Positions 49,729 to 61,519 of a DNA stretch of 64,000 bases are shown one piece after another (within the stretch, counting starts at the first letter, position 1; every line of letters begins with the position of its first letter). A program made the position numbers and the translations under genes. Under the pieces are notes generated by a model. The model did no database searches. It had not been told where the DNA came from and saw only the letters and a program-made list of their open reading frames with translations. Origin of the DNA: Octopus sinensis (lineage: Eukaryota); NCBI RefSeq assembly GCF_006345805.1, contig NC_043006.1, positions 20,212,001 to 20,276,000 on the forward strand, read 5' to 3'.

Positions 49729-49906
49729 ATATGAGAAAATGGATGAATACTGGATTTAGTTTTATTGTCTTGTGTGTGTGTGTACGTGCATTTCTTGTTA
49801 GTGTGTGTTTTTTTTAACTTTTAAACCATCTTTACTTTCCCCTAGTAAGTAACTTTGCTTTAATATTCTCTATCTTTCTTCATTTTATTCTCTTTAAATT
49901 TCACAG

Positions 49907-50034
49907 ACAATCCTTTGGATTTTCTCCGAAACCAACTACAATTTCAACAAATGCGTCGTGTTATCCAAAGAAACCCTCATGTCTTACCTGCCATATTGCA
50001 ACAGATAGGTACAACAAATCCTCCTCTTCTACAG
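49907..50034 (+). CDS. RAD23: RAD23 coding exon (XPC-binding/STI1 domain)
   Basis: ttcacag acceptor, gtgagt donor; [43 protein letters not shown] matches human [42 protein letters not shown]. 128 nt. Confidence 0.97.
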
Positions 50035-50402
50035 GTGAGTGTGCATGCATCAAGTCTTGCATCAACTAATGTATTTAGTCTGACCCTGAGTTCAAATTCC
50101 TCCAAGGTTGACTTTGCCGTTCCTCTTTTCAGGGTCTATAAAATAAGTACCAGTTCAGCACTGAGATCAACTTGTTCCCTCCCTCAAACTTGCTGGCCTT
50201 GTGCTAAAATTTGAAATCAATATATTTAGTTTAATCTCTAATGCTTAGTACACACTTTTTTTTTTTTTTTTTTTTTTTCCCAAATATTTTTAATTCTTGC
50301 TTAGTCTGGAGTAAGGAGCAGAACCTACGATCATTGCATTGCAGACCCCCTGAGAATGATGAGATTGATGCTGTTAATGTTCCATTTTAACTGCTCAACA
50401 CC

Positions 50403-50633
50403 TATTTCTTTACTACCCACAAGGGGCTAAACACAGAGGGGACGAACAAGGACAGACAAACGTATTAAGTCAATTATATCGACCCCAGTCCGTAACTGGT
50501 ACTTAATTTATCGACCCCGAAAGGATGAAAGGCAAAGTCGACCTCGGCGGAATTTGAACTCAGAACGTATTGGCGGACGAAATACGGCTACGAATTTCGC
50601 CCGGCGTGCTAACGATTCTGCCAGCTCGCCGCC
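50403..50633 (-). mobile_element. SINE family B
   Basis: Reverse complement of the consensus. Confidence 0.9.
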
Positions 50634-50927
50634 TGCCGGCAAAAACATCAGTGAGGAGGAAATTTCTGAGAGCTAGTATTTTTGGAGAAGGATTGCGCAT
50701 GGTGGTTACTGTATGGAGCAGACTGGGTAAACCAAGTGTGATAAGAGATGGGGCGACAAGTGAGTCTAGTGTACCTAAAGGGTGGAGGTACAAAACTAGT
50801 TATCTCTGAAAAACAGGAGACAGCATTCCTGTGTCTGTAAGAGATGGTATGTCAATCAGTTAGGTGGCCCTATATGTATTAGTTGGTTATTCATGATTAG
50901 TGTAGTGTTATATATTACTCTATACAA

Positions 50928-51763
50928 AATCAAATCAAAACAAATCAAAATAGATGAACATCAATGGAATTTGTATCTTTGTGGCACACAAGAAAACCAT
51001 CCGAACGTGGCCGTAGCCAGTACCGCATCGACTGGCCTCCGTGCTGTGGGCACGTAACAAACACCATCCGATCGTGGCCGTTCGCCAGCCTCATCTGGCA
51101 CCTGTGTCGGTGGCACATAAAAACACCATCCGAAGACCCGGCAAGAATAGTCAGGCCATAACCCATGACCCCTACCTGGGACGTAGTCAGTCCACACCTG
51201 TGCATACCTTCCTTCTTGTGACACTTGTGAAGACTTGTTGAGGCAAGTGAAAATCAAAATCAAATCAAATCAAATCAAATCAAAACAAATCAAAATAGAT
51301 GAACATCTTGTGAAGACCTGTTGAGGCAAGTGAAAATCAAAATCAAAATCAAAATCAAATCAAAATGGATGAACATCAATGGAATTTGTATCTTTGTGGT
51401 ACCAGTGCCGGTGGTATACAAGAAAACCATCCGAACGTGGCCATAGCCAGTACCGCATCGACTGGCCTCCGTGCTGTGGGCACGTAACAAACACCATCCG
51501 ATCGTGGCCGTTCGCCAGCCTCATCTGGCACCTGTGTCGGTGGCACATAAAAACACCATCCGAGCGTGGCCGTCTGCCAGCCTCGTCTGGCACATAAAAG
51601 CACCCACTACACTCACAGGGTGGTTGGCGTTAGGAAGGGCATCCAGCTGTAGAAACACTGCCAGATCTGACTGGCCTGGTGCAGCCTTCGGGCTCCTCAG
51701 ACCCCAGTTGAACCGTCCAACCCATGCTAGCATGGAAAGCGGACGTTAAATGATGATGATGAT
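50928..51763 (+). mobile_element. RTE-clade 3' UTR copy with tandemly duplicated UTR and (AAATC)n expansion
   Basis: UTR + array, then the same junction as 42500, then a second UTR + array + tail. Confidence 0.88.
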
Positions 51764-51833
51764 TGTGTGTGCGTGCGTGTATGTGTATATATATATGTAT
51801 ATAATATATATATATGTATATAATATATATATA

Positions 51834-51874
<41 letters not shown>

Positions 51875-51892
51875 ATATATATATATATAGGC

Positions 51893-52276
51893 GCAGGAGT
51901 GGCTGTGTGATAAGTAGCTTGTTTACCAACCACATGGTTCCGGGTTCAGTCCCACTGCGTGGCACTTTGGGCAAGTGTTTTCCTCTATAGCCTCGGGCCG
52001 ACCAAAGCCCTGTGAGTGGATTTGGTAGACGGAAACTGTATATATATGTATATATATATATGTATGTGTGTGTTTGTGTGTCTGTGTTTGTCCCCCTAGC
52101 ATTGCTTGACAACCGATGGTGGTGTGTTTACGTCCCCGTCACTTAGCGGTTCGGCAAAAGAGACCGATAGAATAAGCACTGGGCTTACAAAAGAATAAGT
52201 CCTGGGGTCGAGTTGCTCGACTAAAGGCGGTGCTCCAGCATGGCCGCAGTCAAATGACTGAAACAAGTAAAAGAGT
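51893..52276 (+). mobile_element. SINE family A
   Basis: Consensus with a short internal deletion. Confidence 0.9.
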
Positions 52277-52282
52277 ATATAT

Positions 52283-52436
52283 ATTGGGAGAGTTCACGAA
52301 AAAAACAAAAGACGAAGACAGGTGGTGTACAAAACAAATAGGTGTATTAGTATAACGCTCAGGAATAGAAAAAGTCTTTTACGTTTCGAGCCTACGCTCT
52401 TCTACAGAAAGGGACACAGAAAAAACAAGGAGAGAA

Positions 52437-52467
<31 letters not shown>

Positions 52468-52716
52468 TACTTTATTTAAAAGAAGCGGAAATATAACTAA
52501 AGCTGTTACTCAGTTTCATATTCCCGTTCGTTGGACAGTTTTGTTTAAAAAAAATAAAACTGTCCGAACGGGAACGTGAAACTTTGAGTAACAGCTTTTG
52601 TTATATTTCTGCTGCTTTTAAATAAAGCATATTACTCTACCTCTGGTGTTTGAGTACTCCTTTTTTCCACCTTGTTTCACATTTATGTGCTCACTCTGAT
52701 ATGTATATTATAAATA
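52283..52716. mobile_element. Penelope-like fragment with fold-back and hammerhead-like motif
   Basis: Inverted arms ~52468-52545 / 52553-52630; minus-strand CTGTAGAAGAGCGTAGGCTCGAAACGTA at 52374-52415. Confidence 0.65.
52374..52415 (-). ncRNA. Putative minimal hammerhead ribozyme, A6-to-U variant
   Basis: GUCCCUUU-CUGUAGA-A-GAGC(GUAG)GCUC-GAA-ACGU-A-AAAGAC. Confidence 0.45.
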
Positions 52717-52763
52717 TAAACTATACTGACTTTGTAAAGTACAACCAAGTCATATTTTTAGTT

Positions 52764-53270
52764 CATCATCATCGTCGTTTAACGTCCGCTTTCCATGCTA
52801 GCATGGGTTGGGCGGTTCAACTGGGGTCTGGGAAGCCAGGAGGCTGCACCAGGCTCCAGTCTGATCTGGCAGTGTTTCTAAAGCTGGATACCTGTCCTAA
52901 CGCCAACCACTCTGTGAGTGTAGTGGGTGCTTTTTATGTGCCACCGGCACAGGGGCCAGAGGAGGCTAGCAACAGTCGCAATTGGTTGGTGCTTTTTATG
53001 TGCCACCGGCACAAGCTAGCCAAGGCAGCGCTGGCATCTGCCATGTTCGGATGGTGCTTTTTACGTGCCAGGTGAGGCTGGCAACGGCCACGACCGGTCA
53101 GTGCTTTTTATGTGCCACCGGCACAGAAGCTAGCCAAGGTGGCGCTGGCATCTGTCACGTTCGGATAGTGCTTTTTACGTGCCACCAGCATGAGTATCAC
53201 AACTACAATTCCATTTGATTTTTATTTTGATGTTGATGTATTTGACTCAGTAGGTCTCCTCAAGCACAGC
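52764..53270 (-). mobile_element. RTE-clade 3' UTR copy
   Basis: Tail, 3' module, ~4 array units, UTR spacer. Confidence 0.85.
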
Positions 53271-53577
53271 AGTTCAACCCCGATCCAAGGTAAGCACTGC
53301 AGGCCGTCCTACGATCCAATGGGCTGGTTGTGTGAAGCTGGTTGTAGGATACAGCCATGAACTCACTTTGTTGGGTATATCTTAATTATTCTTTGTCTTC
53401 TCTGCAAGAGTTAATCCAAGTGAATGCAGTTGGTTGTCTCTTAGATGTGATTTGTTACTAATAACCTCTCCACGTCTTATCTCATTCTCAGTTCATTCTA
53501 GTCTAACTCTTGCCATATCTCAGCTGCTCATATGTAGACCAAACTCAGTATCTTATTTTTTTGATATTGCACTATCC

Positions 53578-53870
53578 GATTTCGTGGCCGTTGCCAGCGC
53601 CGCCTCGAATGGCTTCCATGTGCAGGTGGCACGTAAAAAGCATCAATCCGACCGTGGCCGATGCCAGCCTCGCCTGGCACCAGTGCAGGTGGCACGTAAA
53701 AAGCACCCACTACACTCACGGAGTGGTTGGCGTTAGGAAGGGCATCCAGCTGTAGAAACATTGCCAGATAAGACCGGAGCCTGGTGCAGCCTTCTGGCTT
53801 TCCAGATCCCCGGTCGAACCGTCCAACCCATGCTAGCATGGAGAACGGACGCTAAACGATGATGATGATG
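53578..53870 (+). mobile_element. RTE-clade 3' UTR copy
   Basis: Two units + 3' module + tail. Confidence 0.85.
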
Positions 53871-54266
53871 TTTGGTCAGAGGTAAATGGGAAAAACCAGT
53901 TGCCATGAATCAAGTGAAAAGAAGTTGTTCTGACATTAGGTACCTAATCCGCATGCTCGGAATAGAATATACTCTATTAAAAGCTTTCAAAGGAAAGATG
54001 GTTGTGTTGAATCAACTGAAGGGTAAGCTTTGCCACCCTACAATGGAAGCCGTCTCTGCTGGTCTTCGAAACTTAAAGATTCTATTTAGAGAGCATAAAA
54101 ATGGGCTTTTTTTTTTCTTTTTGTTATGTCAAATATATGATATTTTCTGGCATACAAGTCAAATATTTTGAGATGAAAATTTAGAGCCAAAAAAGGTAGG
54201 TCAACCAAGAATTCTTTGGTGGATCAAAAATTCCATGTGAAATGCAGCAGGATTTGGAAAGACAGT

Positions 54267-54875
54267 GACGATGTGTGAATGTTTACACCAGATACTACAT
54301 CAAACTTGTAAGCCGGAAAATATGGTAAAAAGCACCATCCGTTCGTGGCCGTTGCCAGTCTCGCCTGGCCCCCGTGCCGGTGGCATGTAGAAAGCTCCAT
54401 CCGTTCGTGGCCGTTGCCAGCCTCGCCTGGCCCCCGTGTCAGTGGCATGTAAAAAGCACCATCCGTTCGTGGCCATTGCCAGCGCTGCCCCAACTGGCCT
54501 CCGTGCCGGTGGCACGTAAAAGCACCATCCATTCATGTCCGTTGCCAGCCTCGCCTGGTGCCGGTGACACGTAAAAGCACCATCCGTTCGTGTCCGTTGC
54601 CAGCCTTGCCTGGTGCCAGTGGCACGTAAAAGCACCATCCGTTCGTGGCTGTTTGCCAGCTCCGTCTGACACCTGTGCGGGTGGCACGTAAAAAGCACCT
54701 ACTACACTCGCGGAGTGGTTGGCATTAGGAAGGGCATCCAGCCATAGAAACACTGCCAGATCAGACTGGGCCTGATGCAGCCTTCTGGCTTCACAGACCC
54801 CAGTTGAACCGTCCAACCCATGCTAGCATGGAAAACGGACGCTAAATGATGATGATGATGATGATGATGATGATG
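54267..54875 (+). mobile_element. RTE-clade 3' UTR copy with the longest array (~6-7 units)
   Basis: Repeated AAAAGCACCATCCGTTCGTG(G/T)CCGTTGCCAG...GGTGGCACGT units; long (GAT)n tail. Confidence 0.9.
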
Positions 54876-55369
54876 CTACTTATTGTTTTGTTCTGACTTT
54901 CCACAAGGCCAGTTTCATGAAAGCTTACTTTAGTTAACAGTTAAACTGTGCTCATGAGACACTGAAAAAGACAATGAAACGCATAGGGAATGTTATGTGC
55001 ATGATGTTTAACCCATTTGATGTCACTATGCTAAAGCAACCCTACTGCCACGCCATACTCTGGTTCTGTGATATAAATTTTTAGTTTTCCATCAAAATTT
55101 CATGTTAATTCGTTTCAGGCACCAACTTAATAACGACAATTACTTCACTGAATTTTTTTCATTGTTTTTCAAAATCGATTAAAACAAAAGAGTAGGCATG
55201 GCAAAAAGTTTGCTTCTCAACCATGTGGTTTCTGGTTCAGTCTCAGTGTGTGGCACCTTAGGCAAGTGTCTACTATAGTCCTGGGCCAACCAAAGCCTTG
55301 TCAGTGAATTTGGTGGACAGAAACTGAAAGAAGCCTGTCATATACTTGTGTGTGTGTTTTGCATTACAT

Positions 55370-55842
55370 GATAGGGGCAGGGGCAGTTCCGCATAGCCCC
55401 TGCCCATTCAAAGTACCCTGGATCCCAGAACGTCCCGCTGTGCTTGAGGAGACCTGTTGAGTCAAGTACATGAACATGAACATTGAAATAAATATCAATG
55501 GAAATAGTAGTTGTGATGCCTGTGCCGGTGGCACATAAAAAGCACCATCCGAACGTGGCCGATGCCAGCTCCGCCCCGACTGGTATCCGTGCCGCTGGCA
55601 TGTTAAAAGCTCCAACCGATCGTGGCCGATGCCGGACCCCCTCTGGCACCTGTGCAGGTGGCATGTAAAAAGCACCCACTACATTCGTGGAGTGGTTGGC
55701 GTTAGGAAGGGCATCCAGCCGTAGAAACTCTGCCAGATCAGACTGGAGCCTGGAGCAGCCCCTGGCTTCCCAGACCCTGGTCAAACCGTCCAACCCGTGC
55801 TAGCGCGGAAAATGGACGTTAAACGATGATGATGATGATGAT
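55370..55842 (+). mobile_element. RTE-clade 3' UTR copy (second UTR subtype)
   Basis: GAGACCTGTTGAGTCAAGT spacer, three units, 3' module, tail. Confidence 0.85.
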
Positions 55843-56127
55843 AGTCGTAAATGAGTATCATCATGCAAATGATTTCCATTTCTCGTCTTCCATGAAAACA
55901 TGTCTAGTCAGTCATGTCTGGAAACAGGTGAGGATTAGCAAATTGCATCCAGCCATAGAAAATTAGCCTCAATAAAATTCCATCTGACGCATGCAGGTAT
56001 GGAAAAGTGGTTGTTAAACTGATGATGGTCATGAAATGCAGGTAACAAAAGGGTTAACCTGTAAACAGAAACCCAGACTTTCAGTGTTGTATTTATAGAT
56101 TCTGCTGTGATTTCCTTTATTTTGTAA

Positions 56128-56314
56128 TCATCATCATCATCATCATCATCGTATAACGTCCGTTTTCCGCGCTAGCACGGGTTGGACGGTTCGACCGGGG
56201 TCTGGGAAGCCAGGGCTGCACCAGGCTCCAGTCTGATCTGGCAGTGTTTCTACAGCCGGATGCCCTTCCTAACGTCAACCAGGAGCCAGGGGGGGTCTGG
56301 CATCGGCCACGATC
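56128..56314 (-). mobile_element. RTE-clade 3' end
   Basis: (CAT)n tail and 3' module. Confidence 0.85.
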
Positions 56315-56783
56315 GGTAATAACAATAAATAACTAGGCAAGATTCACAAGTATATTTGCTAGAGCTGAATTGCTGGTAGTAAGAGTGGAATTGGCATCTT
56401 GATATCGTTGGTGGTGATGAAATTGGTGTGGAGTGAATCAAGTTGTTGACTCATCAACTGAAGATTGTACACTTACTGTCATGTCGTTGACACCATTATG
56501 TCCTGTCTCTGATCTGTTTTAGTGCTAGCTGGAATACTGGACTGAAAAATTTGATTGGTTTGTAACCCTAAGACTGATTGATTTCACACAATATGAAAAT
56601 TACACTGTAACACGATTTTGTCTTAGGGTAGCAAATGTTATTTCCTGTTTGCTTACCCTTAGAAAGTATGAAAAATTTCGAATATTTCCTTCAAACTTTG
56701 CTTTTATTACATTTATTCAAACCTCAAAGAATCCCTCCTAGCATGTGGTTATGATGCTCCCCCACTACTTCTGCTGATGATCA

Positions 56784-57312
56784 TCTCTATATATATAAAC
56801 AGCAAAATGTCTGTGTGTGTGCCCTTTATACAAATCCACAATTTTTCAGTTAGAGGGCTCGCACTTTCTATGGTCATTCACAACTGTCCAAGGGTGGTTG
56901 TGCGCATATTTAAATTTCCCCAGTCACTCCACAAAGCCGTTAAATATATATATATAAATGGCAAAATGTCTGTGTGTGTGTGTGTCCTTTATACAAATCC
57001 ACAATTTTTCAGTTAGAGGGCTCGCACTTTCTATGGTCATTCAAAACTGTCCAAGGGTGGTCGTGGCACATCTTTACATTTCCCCAGTCATCCTGCAAAG
57101 CCATTAAAAAAATCAATAGAAGTGACATTTTTGTGAATTTTCTATCCAAAACCCAATCAAAATGCCCGAAACTTGATACGTCAATCGAATGCCAGCTAGC
57201 TGTATGTGACTGGTCGGAGATTTGGACAGTACTCGCGTGTATGTGCACACGCACGCAGCTGTATATGCATGCACTAGCACTATGACCCAGCATTACCGGG
57301 TCATAGTGCTAG
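56784..57312 (+). mobile_element. Non-autonomous Helitron-type element with duplicated 5' segment
   Basis: A|TC start; 3' hairpin ATGACCC-AGCATTACC-GGGTCAT then AGTG-CTAG|T; ~160-bp tandem duplication. Confidence 0.8.
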
Positions 57313-57516
57313 TAGATGCATATATTGTCAGCCACTAAGCAATGTGATCAAGAGCAGCTGACAAACAAATCAGGTACTGAGCAGAATAATTGCTATAATA
57401 ATATTTCTGCTTCAGCAACTCGGCATGGAATCCATCTGAAATGTAAACACAAAAGCAAAAGTTTGAAGGGAATAGTAGTCATTTCCTTTGATTTCTAGAT
57501 AGGGAGTAACATTTCT

Positions 57517-57935
57517 GCCAGCCTCGCCTGGCACCTGTGCAGGTGGCACGTAAAAAGCACCCACTACACTCACGGAGTGGTTGGCGTTAGGAAGGGCATC
57601 CAGCTGTAGAAACATTGCCAGATAAGACTGGAGCCTGGTGCAGCCTTCTGGCTTCCCAGATCCCCAGTCGAACCGTCCAACCCATGCTAGCATGGAGAAC
57701 GGACGTTAAACGATGATGATGATGAAGGGGCTAAACACAGGGGACAAACAAGGACAGACATAGGTATTAAGTCGATTACATCGAAACCAGTGTGTAACTG
57801 GTACTTAATTTATCGACCCGGAAAGGATGAAAGGCGAAGTCGACCTCGGCGGAATCTGAACTCACAACGTAACGGCAGATGAAATACCACAAAGCATTTC
57901 GCCCGGCGTGCTAACGATTCTGCCAGCTCACCGCC
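57517..57935. mobile_element. RTE 3' end (+) abutting SINE family B (-)
   Basis: (GAT)n tail at ~57712-57724 joins directly to a family B SINE lacking its last bases. Confidence 0.85.
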
Positions 57936-58258
57936 ATTTGCGATAGGGAATAACATTTACTGGCTAAAGACAAACAAAAGAAATTTAATTTTGTTTTATA
58001 GTGTTATTTAGCTGTTGATAAGAAAGATGTTACAGATGAGATTCTGGAGATTCAGGGATAATCCTTGATGGTTACAACAAGCAAGAAAATGCGGAATGTT
58101 TTGATTTTTTTTTTTTTTTTTTTTTTTCAGGTAAACTATTAATTACAATAGTTTTCTAATGAAAAGAGTGATTTTATTGCTTTGTTTTTTTAGTGTTTTT
58201 TTTTGTTTTTTTTTCTTTTTCATTTTGTTATCTAAAATAATTTGTTCTGTGTTTTCAG

Positions 58259-58582
58259 TTAATCAGCCAAAATCAAGAGAGATTTGTCCAGATGATCAAT
58301 GAACCTGTTGATGAAGGTGGGCAACCCGGCAATGTGCAGGCTAGCCAGGCTTCTGGCCAAGTTGCTACTGGTTTCGGGAGTAATGTGGGCAGTGGTGGAG
58401 GTACTGGTGTAGGTACCGGTGTCGGCAGTGGCGGAGGTGGTGGTGGTGGTGGTGGTGGTGGTGGCGGTGGCGGCGGCGGCGGTGGTGGTGGTGGTAGTAA
58501 CACTGCTGGAGGCCAGGGTTTACAGATTGGCCCTGGAGCATTTATTCAAGTTACCCCTCAGGAAAAAGATGCAATTGAAAGT
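58259..58582 (+). CDS. RAD23: RAD23 coding exon (end of STI1, Gly-rich linker, start of UBA2)
   Basis: ttttcag acceptor, gtaagt donor; LISQNQERFVQMINEP...(G)22...FIQVTPQEKDAIES. 324 nt, phase 0 to 0. Confidence 0.96.
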
Positions 58583-58785
58583 GTAAGTAGTAGTATTTCT
58601 GTTATGTTGGAATGATTTACGAGACGGAAAGCCAATCATTTATTAGCTGTTTATCTCCTTGTAATGTTCCATCCATCTCTGTTCTCTGCTCACCATTCTT
58701 GGTTGTGTCATTGGGATAAGGTCCTATTCAGAAGCGACTGTTACTAGACTTTACAGCTGGATTCCCAAGCATGTCCAAATATTAT

Positions 58786-59240
58786 ATAATAATAATAATA
58801 ATTGTGTAGAGTGCTCAGGTGCACTACAACTCATCTAAAGTGTATATATAATCAGGTGTAGTTTTCGGCGGATTTCGGAAAGCATGAGGGCCTTAAAGGA
58901 TGCAGTGTCATGGCAGTCAACAACTGACGCAGGCAGTTTATTCCATGCTTCAGCAACTCTGAGCGTGAAAAAATGTTTCCGAAAGTCATGGGAGCTGTGT
59001 TGTTTTCTGACTTTGTAGGCATGTCCACATGTGTTAGACACATGGAGATCAAAAAGGTGTTCAGTGTTGTTGTTGGTGAGGTGGTTGATAACTTTGTGGG
59101 TGTTTATCCAATCGTCTCCTTCCCGGTCCACCTCTAGGCCTCCTGAGAGCTGGTTTAGCTTGAAGAATCTGTCTCTTTTGATTCTTTCCCATGACATTGT
59201 AATCATATGTCCATGGTATCAGGGATGTGATCTTTCAATG
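58786..59240 (-). mobile_element. CR1-like LINE 3' fragment
   Basis: HKVINHLTNNNTEHLF...RKHFFTLRVAEAWNKLPASVV...FK and an (ATT)n tail. Confidence 0.88.
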
Positions 59241-60215
59241 TAGAGAAGTAGCAGTTCAACTGGGAGAGACCTCCCTGATTCTCTGAGCGACATACCCCAT
59301 CGAGTAACATTACTCTTGAGATCCTGCTGAGGAACTCTTTTTTTCAGCCTCTAGTATTTGTTTGTAATGTTGTTTTAATTGCTTGACATCAATATTGGAG
59401 CTGACAAGCCTTTTGATGATAAGTCGGAATGAAAATTGGCCAAAATATGCCAGTTTATTGAAGTTTAACCATTTAGCATTCAGATTACTCTTTCAAATGT
59501 AATACTTTCTTATTCACATTGTTTTGAATTAATCATGCATTATCTCAGAGTTTTGAGATTTTGATGATGCCGTTAGGAAGGGCATCCAGGTGTAGAAACA
59601 TTGCCAGATAAGACTGGAGCCTGGTGCGGCCTTCTGGCTTCCCAGATCCCCGGTCGAACCGTCCAACCCATGCTAGCATGGAGAACGGACGTTAAACGAT
59701 GATGATTGTTTGCTTTTAAAATGACATTGTATGGTGGATGTGAGAGGCCTGATATGGCTGGTTTGAATTTAAAACTGGTTGCGCATTTGAGCCAGATGTG
59801 ATCGTTTTTAAATGCTAAAGGGCCAAACCCTTGTGTTTCAGCTTTAGTCCAGCACCATCTGTCATATCTTGCAATTATACATTGGTTTATATTGAATCAA
59901 CATGAGAACCTTTATGTAGCTGCTCGACCTGCTGGAGATAACTGCCAAATTTCCTTTGGCTTGCATGTGATTATCTTGAGAAAAGAAAGGTATATTGAGC
60001 GATATTGTCCCAAATAGACGAGCTGTGATGATCATGTGTTGAACTGCCTTTGGTCATGGGTCTCTCTTATCAAAGCTAACTAGGGGCTTGACAACAGCAA
60101 TATTAATTATATATATTTCATTGAACTTATGTATTTTCTTCTGGCCCAGGTAGAGTTATAGTTCTAAGTAAGAGAGTGTTAGCATATCTAATTTATGGTA
60201 CCACTAGTTGTTAAA

Positions 60216-60545
60216 GGCGCATGGCTCAGTGGTTAGAGTGTCAAGCTTACGATCGTGAGGTTGTGAGCTCGAATCCCGGACCGGGCTGTGTGTTGTGTTC
60301 TTGAGCAAGACACTTTATTTCACCTTGCTCCAGTTCACTCAGCTGTAGAAATGAGTTGCGACGTCACGGGTGCCAAGCTGTATCGGCCTTTCCCTTGGAT
60401 AACACTGATGGCGTGGAGAGGGGAGGCCGGTATGCATGGGCGACTGCTGGTCTTCCATAAAACCACCTTGCCCAGACTTGTGAATAGGAGGATAACTTTC
60501 TAGGTGCAATCCCATGGTCAGTGTCGTGACCGAAGGGGGTCCCAG
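60216..60545 (+). mobile_element. tRNA-type SINE family D
   Basis: GGCGCATGGCTCAGTGGTTAG A-box, GAGCTCGAATCCC B-box, GTGTTCTTGAGCAAGACACT core; 9-bp TSD AGTTGTTAA. Confidence 0.88.
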
Positions 60546-61208
60546 AGTTGTTAATGACTAGTATCTTGAAACCTGTTTTGTTGTTTGTCTGATCTCATCT
60601 GTGAAGAATTCGCCAACTATTTATTTCTAAGTAAATTAGAACTTTTTTAAGCAGATCTAATGGTCCTATCTAACATTTATAGAGAAGCAAAATGCTTGAG
60701 TGACTCTACCAATTCACTGTTTTACTGATGTGTAACTGTATATATTTACTTAATTGCTATTAAAAAAAAAAAAAAAAAAAAAAGTAAACTCCAGACACAG
60801 ATGTAGTTTGATAGGTGCTAGCATGGCTGTGTGATTAGAAATTTGATTCCTAACCACATAGTTTTGGGTTTCAGTCGCATTGTGTGCTGCCTTGAGCAAG
60901 TATCTTCCATGATAGTCCCGGGCTGACTGAAGCAGGGTGAATGTAGTTGGTAGGTGAAAACTGAAAGAAGCTTGTCTTGTGTGGGTTTGTCTCCTTGTCT
61001 TGACATGGTGTGAAGACTGAAATTGAATGTCATGGAGGAAATGACATAAGAATGCAACAAACGTCCGGATGCTGAGCTCGAGAAATGATTGTCACTGTCA
61101 TGCTACCAGTATCATTCATTTCTAATATACTGCAAAAGCATCTTTAACCACAGGAAGGGCATCCCACCATAGAAAAACTGCCTCAGTAAAAATGATGATG
61201 ATTAAGAC

Positions 61209-61519
61209 TTAACCCCTTACCCGGCAGAAACGAATATATGCGTTTTGACCGAAATCGTTTTTTTCTATCTCTGGCGAGTTAACTCGTCAAAATCGACAGC
61301 AAACGAGTTCCTTCGTCTATTATAAACTCTAAAACGGGTTAACTCGTTTCTGCCCAAAGCGGTAATTTAAAATCAATATTATTGAATTAAAATTCATAAT
61401 AAATAAGGTTTGAAATATACCTCGAAATCACCATTCAAAACATAGTAAAATAAAACAATTAAAAAATATGTCTGAAAAAATACATTTATTTTCAAAATAA
61501 TTGTTGGGTAAGGGGTTAA
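61209..61519. mobile_element. piggyBac-like MITE, distinct family
   Basis: TTAA-CCCCTTACCC...GGGTAAGGGG-TTAA termini; internal GGCAGAAACGA / TCGTTTCTGCC inverted motif. Confidence 0.8.

Noticed and set aside
54267-54700. CRISPR-like appearance of repeat-spacer arrays (also 32337-32620, 42660-42900)
   Set aside because: Spacers are homologous to each other, arrays sit in retroposon 3' UTRs with TSDs and tails, there are no cas genes, and the context is a spliced eukaryotic gene.
58273-58503. Antisense poly-proline ORF
   Set aside because: Mirror of the RAD23 polyglycine exon.
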